Source of the DNA: Cladosporium halotolerans
Lineage: Eukaryota
Direction: 5' to 3'
DNA length: 64,000 nucleotides
Assembly: GCF_011745625.1 (NCBI RefSeq)
Contig: NW_027191469.1
Location: forward strand, 186,001-250,000
Shown: positions 34,754 to 44,715 of the stretch, piece after piece
Layout: each line of letters opens with the position of its first letter
Numbering within the stretch: position 1 is the first letter of the stretch
Position numbers and translations under genes: made by a program
Notes under the pieces: generated by a model
Told to the model about the DNA's origin: nothing
Databases searched by the model: none
What the model saw: only the letters and a program-made list of their open reading frames with translations

Positions 34754-35379
34754 AGTCGGTGTGTTTGCCAGGACGTAGCTGTGTTGAACAGAGTGTAGTA
34801 TGAGGTAAGAGGGAGGCCATCATTCGGAAAAGTGTTGGAAGGACGTAAGATGCTCTCGGACGCACCTCGCGACTCCGACTGCCGTCTCGTTCCACATGTC
34901 CCCGCAAACAGGGTCGCGTTGCAACTCCCGAGCATGCGGGCTGGAGCAGCGATGACGATACCTTCGGCACTTGCATGCTGACAGTGCCGATTGTCGAATG
35001 TCGCTTTTAGATATGAACATGGGCAAATTCCAAGAGAGACCAATAACATCCAGGAGTAGCGTAGATTTCCGTGAGAAGACATGAGAAATGAAAATTGGCC
35101 ATGATGTTCATGCTAGCTGTTTTCCGCATCATTCAAAATCACCACAAGCCAATCAAGACTGCACCATTGCCATCCCCAAAGCATATTCAAAGCAAGAATG
35201 CGATCATACTCATGAATCCAAATCAAATACCCTAAACCAAAACCCTAACCTTACACAAGAAGGAGCAACCGCGCTCGACCTCTGCCAGTCTAACTGAAGA
35301 CATTAATGACCCTGTTTCCAATCCCCATCAAGACTCCATCCATCCATCCAGCCATAAAACATTACATCCTCCCCTACCT

Positions 35380-38229
35380 CTACGACCTCTCAGGGCTAAC
35401 ACTCCGGCTCCCGTACCCACTATCGCCCTCCTCCCATCCGCCCGCCCTCTTCGCCACGCGCAAACAGCAATCAACGATCCTAGCCCTCTCATCCTTGCCC
35501 AGACCAGCAGAACGCCCCGCCGACGTGCCGACCCAGACGCGCAGACTGCAAGCGATCTCCTCCAAGCCCTGCAGCGAAGCGGCCGCCTGGCGGTCGGAGC
35601 TCAGCACGCGCAGAAGGCGGAAAGCGCCGATGGCGGTGAGCAGCGTGAAGTGCTCTGGCGCGAGGTGCAGGGCTGCCAGTGCCTTGGCCACGCTGAAGCG
35701 GGCGGCGGTTGGCGCAGCACTGGAGGAGAGCGAGATGAGTTTGGCGAGGGTGAGGGCTGTGCGGACTTCGGGGGAGGCGGGGGCGTGGTTGACGAGGTTC
35801 ATGGGGCTGTTGGGCGACATGACTGGGAGGGCTTCCAGGGCTGTCACGATGTTGGCGTCGCGGTTATTGTTGGACAGGACGGCTTTGGCGGCGAGAGCGC
35901 GAGCCTGGGTCGCGGAGGCTGGGGGCGCGATGCTGATGGCGAGTCCAAGGTAGTACTCGATGTCGAACCGAGAGCGGCCAGTGCTAATTGCGTCTGCGAG
36001 AGTCTCGTCGACGAGGATGTTGGCATACCAAGCGGCCACCGCGTCAAGAGGCGAGCGGATAGCGTGATCCTCAATAACGCTGTCTCTAGCGACGTTAGGG
36101 GTCAAGCCATACGCAGCGGGCTTGTTCCAAGCCAAGTTCCACGCGCGTTGGATCATTTCATCGCTCAACACCTCGTCACAGTCGAGCTCGACCAGTCTAG
36201 CGAGATGATCGGGCAGGATGTCCACGTTATCGTCAAGGCCAGGGCGCCCTTGAGCCTTCGCGTGAAGCAGCTCCTTCTGCTGCTTGCGAGCAGAGTCCCA
36301 GTAGATCTTGCCGACTTTCTCAGTGAACTGTTTGAACATAACCAGATTACCGTATCCGGCATTCGCAACCTCCCAGAAGAAGACGCGGAAATGGACAGCC
36401 TTCTGCGCGAGTCTGTTCGGGGAGTCTGGCAGAGTGCCACTGGCCATCAACGTAAGAAGCAGGCGGTAGTAGCTCACTTCGGCATCGCCACCTGCGAGCT
36501 GAGCGTCGATTGCAATATCCCAGGCCTTGATGCGAGCAGCTTCGTCTTCCTTGTTCGCTCCAGTAACGACAGTGAAAGTTTCGGACCCAATTAAACGACG
36601 CACGGAGAGTTTGAGCATTTTGGCAGCCACCGCGACAACTTCGAGCAAGAAGTGCTTCGGGATCCAGACCGATTGCACGGCAGTAAGCCAGGCCTTGCGG
36701 CGGACTTCAACAGGCGAAGCCAGTGATGGAGCCTGGGGCAAGCGTACCGACGGCCGCATCTTTTGCTTTTTGCCAGGGCTAAAAGTGAGCAGAGGCGCCA
36801 GGAGATACACGATAGCGCCAAAGACGAGCAGAACCTTCATCAATGGCAGGGCACCCTGTCGGGAGAACGCAGCTGGCGAGGAGAACGAGTCTTCGGCGCC
36901 GCGCTTGATAATATGATGGAAGCCAGGGATTGCGCCGAGCCCGTGAGACGAGTCGGATCCAGACTGCGACTCGTTGTAGCCTTCCATCATCATAAGACCG
37001 GCCATTGAACCAAGCATGACCTTGTTCATGAGGCCACCCTGAGCGTTCCTCGGACGGTTCTGTGCTTCAGCCGGCGGGTTCGGAGGGCGGTTGTAGCTCG
37101 GTTGCGCCTGCTGTTGCATGTACTGCTGTTGCTGCATGGCGTTAGGAACATTCAGGTACGACTGCAAGCCATTTTGCGAAGCCGTCGACATCTCCCTGGG
37201 CCTAACAGTGCCACTTGGTGGATCAGCAGTAGTCGAAGCCTGCCGGTTACGCGCCTTGCCAAAGGCAGCCTCCAAGGCAGCAAAGCGAGTCTTCAAAGCA
37301 GCCATTTCTTTCTCCATCTTCGTATTCCTCTTCTCGAGGTGCTTGATGTACTCAGTAGCCTTCGCCATGATAGTAGCCTTGTTGAGCTTATGCGCAGGAG
37401 CAAGTCCCTCGAGATCTTCAGCATCATCTCCATCGCGGCCCATAGCACGCAATGCAGGGACGCTCTGTCTCAGCTCGACAATCTTGTCGTTGAGGTTGTT
37501 GCGGTACCTCTTCTCGATGACATTATGAGAGGTCTTCTTCACTGGCGGCTCATCTCCATCTTGTGAGTCACCAGCTTCATTCTTGTTTTCTTGCTCCACT
37601 TCGGCCTTCCTCTTGCGGCCACCTCGCTTCTTTGGGGGGTCTGGAGATGTCTGAGAAGAGAGGCTTGTCCTCTTATCGGTCGTCGACTCAGGGCTATGGT
37701 GCAGACTTGGCGTAGCGACAGAGCCTGGTCCGCTAGAGGGCATTTGATATGACTGATCCTGCGACATAGCGGAGAGCGCCGAGAGATCAAAGTCTCCCTG
37801 TGTCTCTGCATTTGAAGGGAGAGGCCAAAGTGCATTGTTCGCGTCGGCCTTCTGAGTCTGAGGGAGTCCAGGTTGGCTAGAAGCTGTCATGCCAAAGTCA
37901 AAACTACTGGTGGTATCAGGCGGATTGCCAAAATTGAAGGCGTCGTTTCCGGGAAAGTTGTTGCCAAAGTCGAAACCATCTTCACCCATGATCATCGGCG
38001 GTGCCATGGTGCTGTTCGCTCCGAGCTTGTCAAAATCCATGGCGGGGAACACGGTGTCTTGGATTGGCGAGTCGTTTTTGCTTGAGCCAGCAATGGAGAA
38101 GTCATTTTCAGGCGAAGTCGAATCCGCGGTGGGATCCCAGCGCAGCCAGTCTTCCCAGCCTTCGTTGCTCTGACCCACCTGCGCGTCGAAGCCTGACTGA
38201 AAGTCGGCCTGCCAGGTGGGAGCGTCCAT
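35380..38229 (-). CDS. srbA: Sterol regulatory element-binding protein (SrbA/Sre1): bHLH-Zip, TM segment(s), DUF2014
   Basis: KKTSHNVIEKRYRNNLNDKI with the SREBP-specific Tyr; KLNKATIMAKATEYIKHLE; KVMLGSMAGLMMMEG; SLASPVEVRRKAWLTAVQ; KAWDIAIDAQLAGGD. Confidence 0.92.
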   Translation of the reverse strand: MDAPTWQADFQSGFDAQVGQSNEGWEDWLRWDPTADSTSPENDFSIAGSSKNDSPIQDTVFPAMDFDKLGANSTMAPPMIMGEDGFDFGNNFPGNDAFNFGNPPDTTSSFDFGMTASSQPGLPQTQKADANNALWPLPSNAETQGDFDLSALSAMSQDQSYQMPSSGPGSVATPSLHHSPESTTDKRTSLSSQTSPDPPKKRGGRKRKAEVEQENKNEAGDSQDGDEPPVKKTSHNVIEKRYRNNLNDKIVELRQSVPALRAMGRDGDDAEDLEGLAPAHKLNKATIMAKATEYIKHLEKRNTKMEKEMAALKTRFAALEAAFGKARNRQASTTADPPSGTVRPREMSTASQNGLQSYLNVPNAMQQQQYMQQQAQPSYNRPPNPPAEAQNRPRNAQGGLMNKVMLGSMAGLMMMEGYNESQSGSDSSHGLGAIPGFHHIIKRGAEDSFSSPAAFSRQGALPLMKVLLVFGAIVYLLAPLLTFSPGKKQKMRPSVRLPQAPSLASPVEVRRKAWLTAVQSVWIPKHFLLEVVAVAAKMLKLSVRRLIGSETFTVVTGANKEDEAARIKAWDIAIDAQLAGGDAEVSYYRLLLTLMASGTLPDSPNRLAQKAVHFRVFFWEVANAGYGNLVMFKQFTEKVGKIYWDSARKQQKELLHAKAQGRPGLDDNVDILPDHLARLVELDCDEVLSDEMIQRAWNLAWNKPAAYGLTPNVARDSVIEDHAIRSPLDAVAAWYANILVDETLADAISTGRSRFDIEYYLGLAISIAPPASATQARALAAKAVLSNNNRDANIVTALEALPVMSPNSPMNLVNHAPASPEVRTALTLAKLISLSSSAAPTAARFSVAKALAALHLAPEHFTLLTAIGAFRLLRVLSSDRQAAASLQGLEEIACSLRVWVGTSAGRSAGLGKDERARIVDCCLRVAKRAGGWEEGDSGYGSRSVSPERS

Positions 38230-39236
38230 GGTGAAGGTTAATCAGAGCTCGTGTGCAACCAGTTCAGTATTTGGGGTCCAGGCGTGGTGGCGTTTCAACG
38301 CGAAAGTCGTGGGTGCGCGTGTCTCTGAGGTGACAGGAGACGAGGCACCATGGCCCAGCAAAATAACGGCAGTGTGCGCTCCTGCAGGCAGCAAGGACTC
38401 GAGGGGGTCTGGCTATCTTAGCGACGCGATGGGCCTGGGGGTGAGCAATTGGGAAGTCGGTTATGCCAGGGTTGCAGGAAACGGTGAACGGGCCCTGCGG
38501 GCTTGTGAGACGGGGTCCGCGGCGGCGCTCAAAACCTCTCGTACGATCACAGCCACCCTCCCGTCGTGCTAGCTTCTGGGGTACAGCGACCGTCGCCGGC
38601 TGTCTCCGGCAGGGCTGCGATACCGGATGGTCCACCATCCGGGTGCGAGATCAACTGAGCGGTGTTATTTCGTCATGAGGCGTATCATTTCGATGGCAGA
38701 CAGCATTGTACAGGATTTACAGTATTTAAATGTGAGACGTGCTTCATGAAGCTTTCCATATAAGGACCTGCCGTTTTCAAGCACTAAGGTACTGCGAGAC
38801 CGGGAACTAGGAATAAATGCGACCAGAATGTGGGACGCTTTTATCAGATTCGCACCTCAAATTGCTCCATCTTCATCCTCTCAGTGTTACCTCTGAATGT
38901 CTCTCCAGGCGGCATTCTTCTGCAGCGCATGATAAGTTGCCTATCATTGTGTGGCGAAGTTGATGATTACCTCAGGCATCATACCAGCAGACCTCGAACC
39001 ATCTTCACGTCCCCAGTGTGGCGCAGTCGCGCGCGTCATATCGGGTCTTCCATGATCCTACATGGTACGATAGTGAAAGTCTCGAAATTGCGTTCACAAC
39101 TGTTTCCAAAACAAAGCAATGCACGTCCTTAAAAGAATCCAGTGAGCGTATTGTAGGTGTCGTATTATTAGTCTCGCTCCATCGAAGGCAGGCGCATCAT
39201 ACCACCCTCCCGTCATCCCATGAGAGAACCAAACCA

Positions 39237-39907
39237 CTAGTTCATTACCCCAAACCCCAAGACACTTCCCAGCTCAGAGATTTCGGCATGGTCCCGTGTG
39301 TTCTGCATCCGATGGCACCATTCCAGGTTTCCGTCCACAAACACCCACTCGCCACCGTTCTGGCTGTAGTCGCCTCCCTTGAGAAAACCAAGTCCGGACG
39401 AGACCATGTTTGACATGCTCTTCAGCGTGCCGCCTAGGACGCTAGACTGGACGTATTCGGGCTTTCGGTCGCCCAGAGAGAGGCTTTTGGTCATTCCAAG
39501 CTTTGCATACAAAGCACGTGAAGGATCGCAGTAGATGGGAAACGGGCACCCGGTGCGCTGTTTGTAGCCTGCGATTACACTCGGCTCACCGCAACCGATG
39601 ATGGCGAGCGCGCTCGACGATTTGATCCGTTCGAGGTCTTTGGGTGGGAAGTGTTTGGTTAGCTGGCGCACGTAGTCTTCACAGTGCTATTGAGCCCCGT
39701 CAGCGATGACAGCATTTCAGCCAAGTGATGACGACTCACGCCGCAGAAGAAGTGTCGGATGAACACGATCACTTGTCTACCCTCGGTGTTGAAGAGGTCT
39801 CTGAAAGGAAGCTCTTTGCCACTCTCGTCGAGGACCTTGAGATCGCCCGCTTCTTGCAGCACAGTCTCATCTGGCTTCGGATGACCTTCGCTGTGCTCTT
39901 GCGCCAT
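39237..39907 (-). CDS. AhpC/TSA-type thioredoxin-fold protein (PRXL2-like); exons 39907-39740, 39686-39237
   Basis: Splicing gives IVFIRHFFCG|HCEDYV (CxxC); IIGCG, FPIYCDPSRALYAKLGM, QNGGEWVF, HRMQNTRDHAE. Confidence 0.85.
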
Positions 39908-40439
39908 AGTTCGACTGGAGATGGATAATAGATGCCGCCCCAAGGTGGTTGTCAATAGATGTGGGATGGCGCAAGATTATCACTTCGGATTCCCGGATGC
40001 CCGGGATTATTACTGCGAATGACGGTGACGAAAGTGATGATGGGGAAAAAGAAACGCCCGACTTGTGATCGCCCCTACCTGTGATGTGGCGAAGCCTCGC
40101 TTGGTCAACTTTGATTTGCACAAAAGCCCGCCATGGGCATGACAATGGTACAGATATCGCGCAAGGACAGCCCAGGTAACTGGCCAAGCGTGAAGACAAG
40201 CGGTGTCGCAGAAAGTGGGAACCTGCTGCATGCGTGATGTCGCGATAACCGCCCGAACATCCACATGAGCTCGCCGCCTGTCCCCAAAGCCAGCCGCGCC
40301 AAGTCCCTGTCCTCCGGCGCCGCAACTCGCCGCAAGTCCGCTATCAAAGCCGCCGCATGCCATCCTGTCACACCGCAGACTCACCACCTCACCCGCCCTG
40401 CACCACCCTTACATCGCGGGAACATCACATTCGCATGCG

Positions 40440-41675
40440 ATGTTCTCCTCCAAACTGACGCGGGTCGCCCACCGCGCCACCACCATCTCCAACGCCACTC
40501 CATCGCCTGCGCAGCGGACCGCATCGCAATGCTTCGCTACCGCCTCCCAGCAGCGCCGCCCGCATCAGCGACGACACTCCAGCAGCAAAGCCAGCTGCCC
40601 TCCCGATAGCAGTAACAAGCCTGCGCCGGCTGCCGAGAACAGCACCCAGGCTTCTGGGCCGGAGAAGACGCCCAAGAGGACAAGCAGGTTGAAGAGGACG
40701 CAGGTTGAGAAGACCGCGAAGGGCAAGGAGGAGGCAAACCAGTTTGCTGGTCTGCCCACTGTTCCGGACACCAAAAATGTCGGAGAGAAGGGTAAGGATC
40801 ACCCTGAAACATCAAACGGAACATATACTAATCTTCCTTCAGATTTCTGGCTCTCCACCTTCTTCAGCTTACATCACCCTCTGTCCCTCGCCAACCCTCT
40901 CCCTCCGCCAGCGTCTGAAGAGACTTTCAACAGCATATTTGAGTCGAAACCTCAGGCTGATGTTTGGGAGAACGGAAACTCTGCGGAAAAGAGGCCTGAA
41001 GACGTGATTATTGCCCTGCAGGACACTATTGAGACCCTCGAAGGCACCGGCGCATCACAAGAGGAGGCTGGTGTAAGATGGGAAGTGCTCCAGGAAAGCT
41101 CGAGCAACAACAGCAACGTCAAGCACTTGGATGGCCCGCCTAGACCTAGGACGATCGACGAGCTGGTTATGCAATTCAGGCCTTTCCAGCCTCCTCCTCC
41201 GCCCCAGGCGTTCCCTGTTGAGACGAAGGCCCCGGAGAAGAAGCGCGCGCGTGCCGCAAAGCCCAAGAACAAGCACTTCCGAACAACCATCGACATCACC
41301 GAGTCCACCGCCGCCGACGGCCACAGGACATACACTGCCTCCCAGACTCCTCTAGTGCAGATCCCCAACCCCACGGAGAGCAAGACTTTGGACGTGAGCG
41401 CGACCACCTCCCGCCAGCCGCACCAGCCCTTCCTCCAGCGCGCATGGCGCAAACACCAGGCCTACCTGCAGTCGCAGCGCAAGAGCGGCCTTTCCGTCTC
41501 GGCGGTCCACAACCCCCTCCGCCACGTCCGCCGCGCGCCCACGCCCGGCCTCCGCAAGCCGCAGATGCGCCTCATCTCCGTCAAGCGCCAGAGGAAGCTG
41601 AAGATGAAGAAGCACAAGTACAAGAAGCTGATGAAGCGCACGCGCAACCTGAGGCGCAGGCTGGACAGGAACTAG
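40440..41675 (+). CDS. COX24: Mitochondrial Cox24/mS38 family protein (DUF1713); probable intron 40792-40842
   Basis: Presequence-like N-terminus; FFSLHHPLS; C-terminal ISVKRQRKLKMKKHKYKKLMKRTRNLRRRLD. Confidence 0.85.
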   Translation: MFSSKLTRVAHRATTISNATPSPAQRTASQCFATASQQRRPHQRRHSSSKASCPPDSSNKPAPAAENSTQASGPEKTPKRTSRLKRTQVEKTAKGKEEANQFAGLPTVPDTKNVGEKGKDHPETSNGTYTNLPSDFWLSTFFSLHHPLSLANPLPPPASEETFNSIFESKPQADVWENGNSAEKRPEDVIIALQDTIETLEGTGASQEEAGVRWEVLQESSSNNSNVKHLDGPPRPRTIDELVMQFRPFQPPPPPQAFPVETKAPEKKRARAAKPKNKHFRTTIDITESTAADGHRTYTASQTPLVQIPNPTESKTLDVSATTSRQPHQPFLQRAWRKHQAYLQSQRKSGLSVSAVHNPLRHVRRAPTPGLRKPQMRLISVKRQRKLKMKKHKYKKLMKRTRNLRRRLDRN

Positions 41676-44600
41676 AGGATTCGCATTTTATTCCAATTTC
41701 TGCGGTTTTTCCCTGCACACGTACAGACCCCCACCCTTTGGCATATCTTATTGTTCTCCGGCGTTTCCTAATATGTTGCCGTGCGTTCCGCAGGAGGAGC
41801 CACGGCTCCCTCGGCTCGCTTTGCTGGCACACGGAGGGGTTGGAGCGTGGCGTAGAGTAGGTAGCATATGGTATTCCGCCCGCATGTTGCTGAGCGAATA
41901 GACTTCTTTATATCGTGAAAGTTCTCTTCTCAAATTTCATACCTACCACACAGCTGTGGCTGATGCCTTCCGTCAACGCGGAACCTTTCAATCCGCCTCT
42001 CGACGCGTGGCGATTGACGGTGCGCCATTCCGACCCTAACAAGACGCTTCTCTGGTCTCCTGGAAACTATCCACCGAGTCTGACGCGACTTAGCAAATAC
42101 TAAGAAATAAGCAAACAACGTTATAAAAAGGGCATTGCGAGGCTTTACCATAAACCAGATCGGTTCCGCTCCTATTGAATTACATGAGCCTCCTTATGGA
42201 GCTTCAAGAATCACGTTGTAACGCGACAAGGAATAGAGCGTCCTCCAGCCAAGCCCAGGACGTATAGACTCTTCGTCTCGGGCCTTACCAGTAGAGACAT
42301 CTTAACCCGATAGAAAGTCAAATACCGGCCGCCCGGTCACTTGTTTGGAGAAGCTAGACTATAATGAGCTCGCCCGAACGACACGTATATAGCTAAAGAG
42401 ATTGATGAATAGAAGTAGTCTGAGGTGCTTAGATCTTCACCTTTAGGTCGGTTGAAGATTTGCGTTTCGTTCTCTTTGGATCTGGTGTAATAAAGGGCTT
42501 AAGGTGGGTTGAGGTGAAGCTCTATGAGAGGATTTTGCGGAGTCTTTGAACTGAAATGGGCAGGCGTTTCGTATTTATCGTTCATGCTCGCTGGTAAAAA
42601 AATATAGTGGTTATGGCCGACTTATCTCTAAGATGGCTTTGAGGACTTGGATGCTTTAGTTCTTAGACGCAAGTCTCGTCAAATAGAAAAGATCGCACAA
42701 GAGACTGCGTACTCTAGCTACTCCAGGGACATCTTCGAGGCAGATTTTGTGGTAAGCAACGTCGAACGAATACGACAATGTAGCTCTCCTGTTCAAGAAA
42801 ATTTCCCAACTGGATTTCTTGCAGACAAACACCACCGACGAACTTGAAACCCTCCCCGTATATCCACCGGCCGATCCGCATCAGACGGGAGCATGTCGGA
42901 AGGCGGCTTTCAAAGAGGACTCATGCCGTCCACGTGGGTCCACAACCAACAGGTAGAGAGTGTCGCGAGGAACTATGAGGAACCGCTGAACCGAGGAGCT
43001 TCTCCCTGAGGGAAGATCGACCGTCACGCTGTGCAATCCATGGGACAGCTCGACAGACCTTTCGGTCCTCTGTTGTTACTCGATCGCCCGCGGCAGCTCT
43101 ATCGAAAGCTCCGTGCTCCGGACGCAGCCGTGAGAGGGATATGACTGCCGTTGGAAGTCGACGCGCTCTACACATCCAGAATCGCTTGCTTTCCGAGCCT
43201 CGGTGTCCAGTCGCGTCCTAGTCCTAGGAAAGAAAGAACCTTGCTGCCGCAGCGAATGCGAGCTGGATCCAAGCTGCCGCGCGCAGTATTCTTGACAGTG
43301 TTTGCAATCCGAAGCACGCTCAACCACTCTTCACAGCAGCAGGCTTCTTAACCTGAGCAGACCCGCCGTTCGAGCCAGCCGTCGGAGCCGGAATGCTGAC
43401 CTGTCCGCCCGCGGGCATGAAAGACCACATAGACGCGAGAGAGTCGAAGGTAGGCATATTGAGCAATGAGGTCTGAAAGCTCGACGTCGTTCGAAAGCGT
43501 AGGTCACTTTCACTCAGTTGCAGGACAGCGCGTAGATCTCGTAATAACCGTGAACACTCGCGGCAGGGGACCTCACCGTTCTTTATTTAATATAATACCA
43601 CCGCCATCAGCGGCTTCATACCGCATTCGCGTCCACAGCAGTCGGATGACCCATTGCGTGATTCCTAAGCACCTGCAGAAGGGCCGGCGCTAGGGCTGTG
43701 CGGCATCGCGCCATCGCGACTGTCAGGCGTCCCACGTGCGATCGCAGCGCGGTGGCTTGCGATCGCGGCGGCGGGTGGATGACGAGATGGCTTTGTGTGC
43801 ATCTGCATGTGAGTATTCTTGACATTCATGGTCGGTAACGTGGGCTTTGAAAGGTCTTTGATGTTGCGAACACGATGCTGTGTGGCCGCGATCTCGTAGC
43901 CGACGAGTTGGTGCGCGGAACGCAGCGGACGACAGGGCGCTGTGGTGGCTGGAAGGAGCTAAGCTCCTGTAACCTGTCTGTTCACGCTTGCCGTAGTTTG
44001 ACGAAGCACATGAGAAATCACGTTGACAGAAGAACACAAAATGGTGTCAAACATCATATTCAATCGTTCTAGATTCTATTTATGAGCTCGCTCTCTCCTC
44101 TCTCCTATCCTCCCTCTCCCTCTCTATCCATCTCCAAGCCCCAACAAGTTCTCAATCGAAGCGAAAGAGAGGTAGATCTGAAGAAGCAAAAACAAAAGTC
44201 TGTCTCGTCTATACATTAGGAATAAGAGAGAAAAAAATCAAAAGAAAACAGAAGAGAATTTCAGGAACCGGCTCCTTCTGCCCTTTTTACCGTCGTCAAA
44301 AAGCTGAAAGAAAGTTGTCTGCCGGATGACTCGCTCGTGAGCCGATGCAAAACGGGAAAAAGAAAGGCAAAAGTAGAACCAGGATGAGCAAATGAAAGGG
44401 GGGCCTGTGCCAACAGAAGAAAGCTGCAGGCACTGCCTGGGGTATCTCTCGAGAAAAACGTGTCCTGTACACAGTGTTCCAAAGAATGTGCTGGCGAGGG
44501 TGTGAAAATAATGGTTGCAGGTGTGGTCGAAATCCGGCGGCCGGGAACAGCAAGCTCTTCCCGACGTGTCTTCTGCCGTCTAAAGAAAGAGGACGCCCTG

Positions 44601-44715
44601 CGAGGGGTGGGAAGAGAAAGATAAGGAGAACTCGTCTGCAGCGAGTTGAGCCGAGGAGTCGAAAAAAGGGGGTATACGAAAGAAGAGAAGCAGGAGCAGA
44701 AGGTAGGGGCCCAGC

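Noticed and set aside
35229..35253. Telomere-like or telomerase-template-like CCCTAAACCAAAACCCTAACC
   Set aside because: Only about one exact unit, within the G/T-rich 3' UTR of srbA read on the opposite strand; no array or pseudoknot context.
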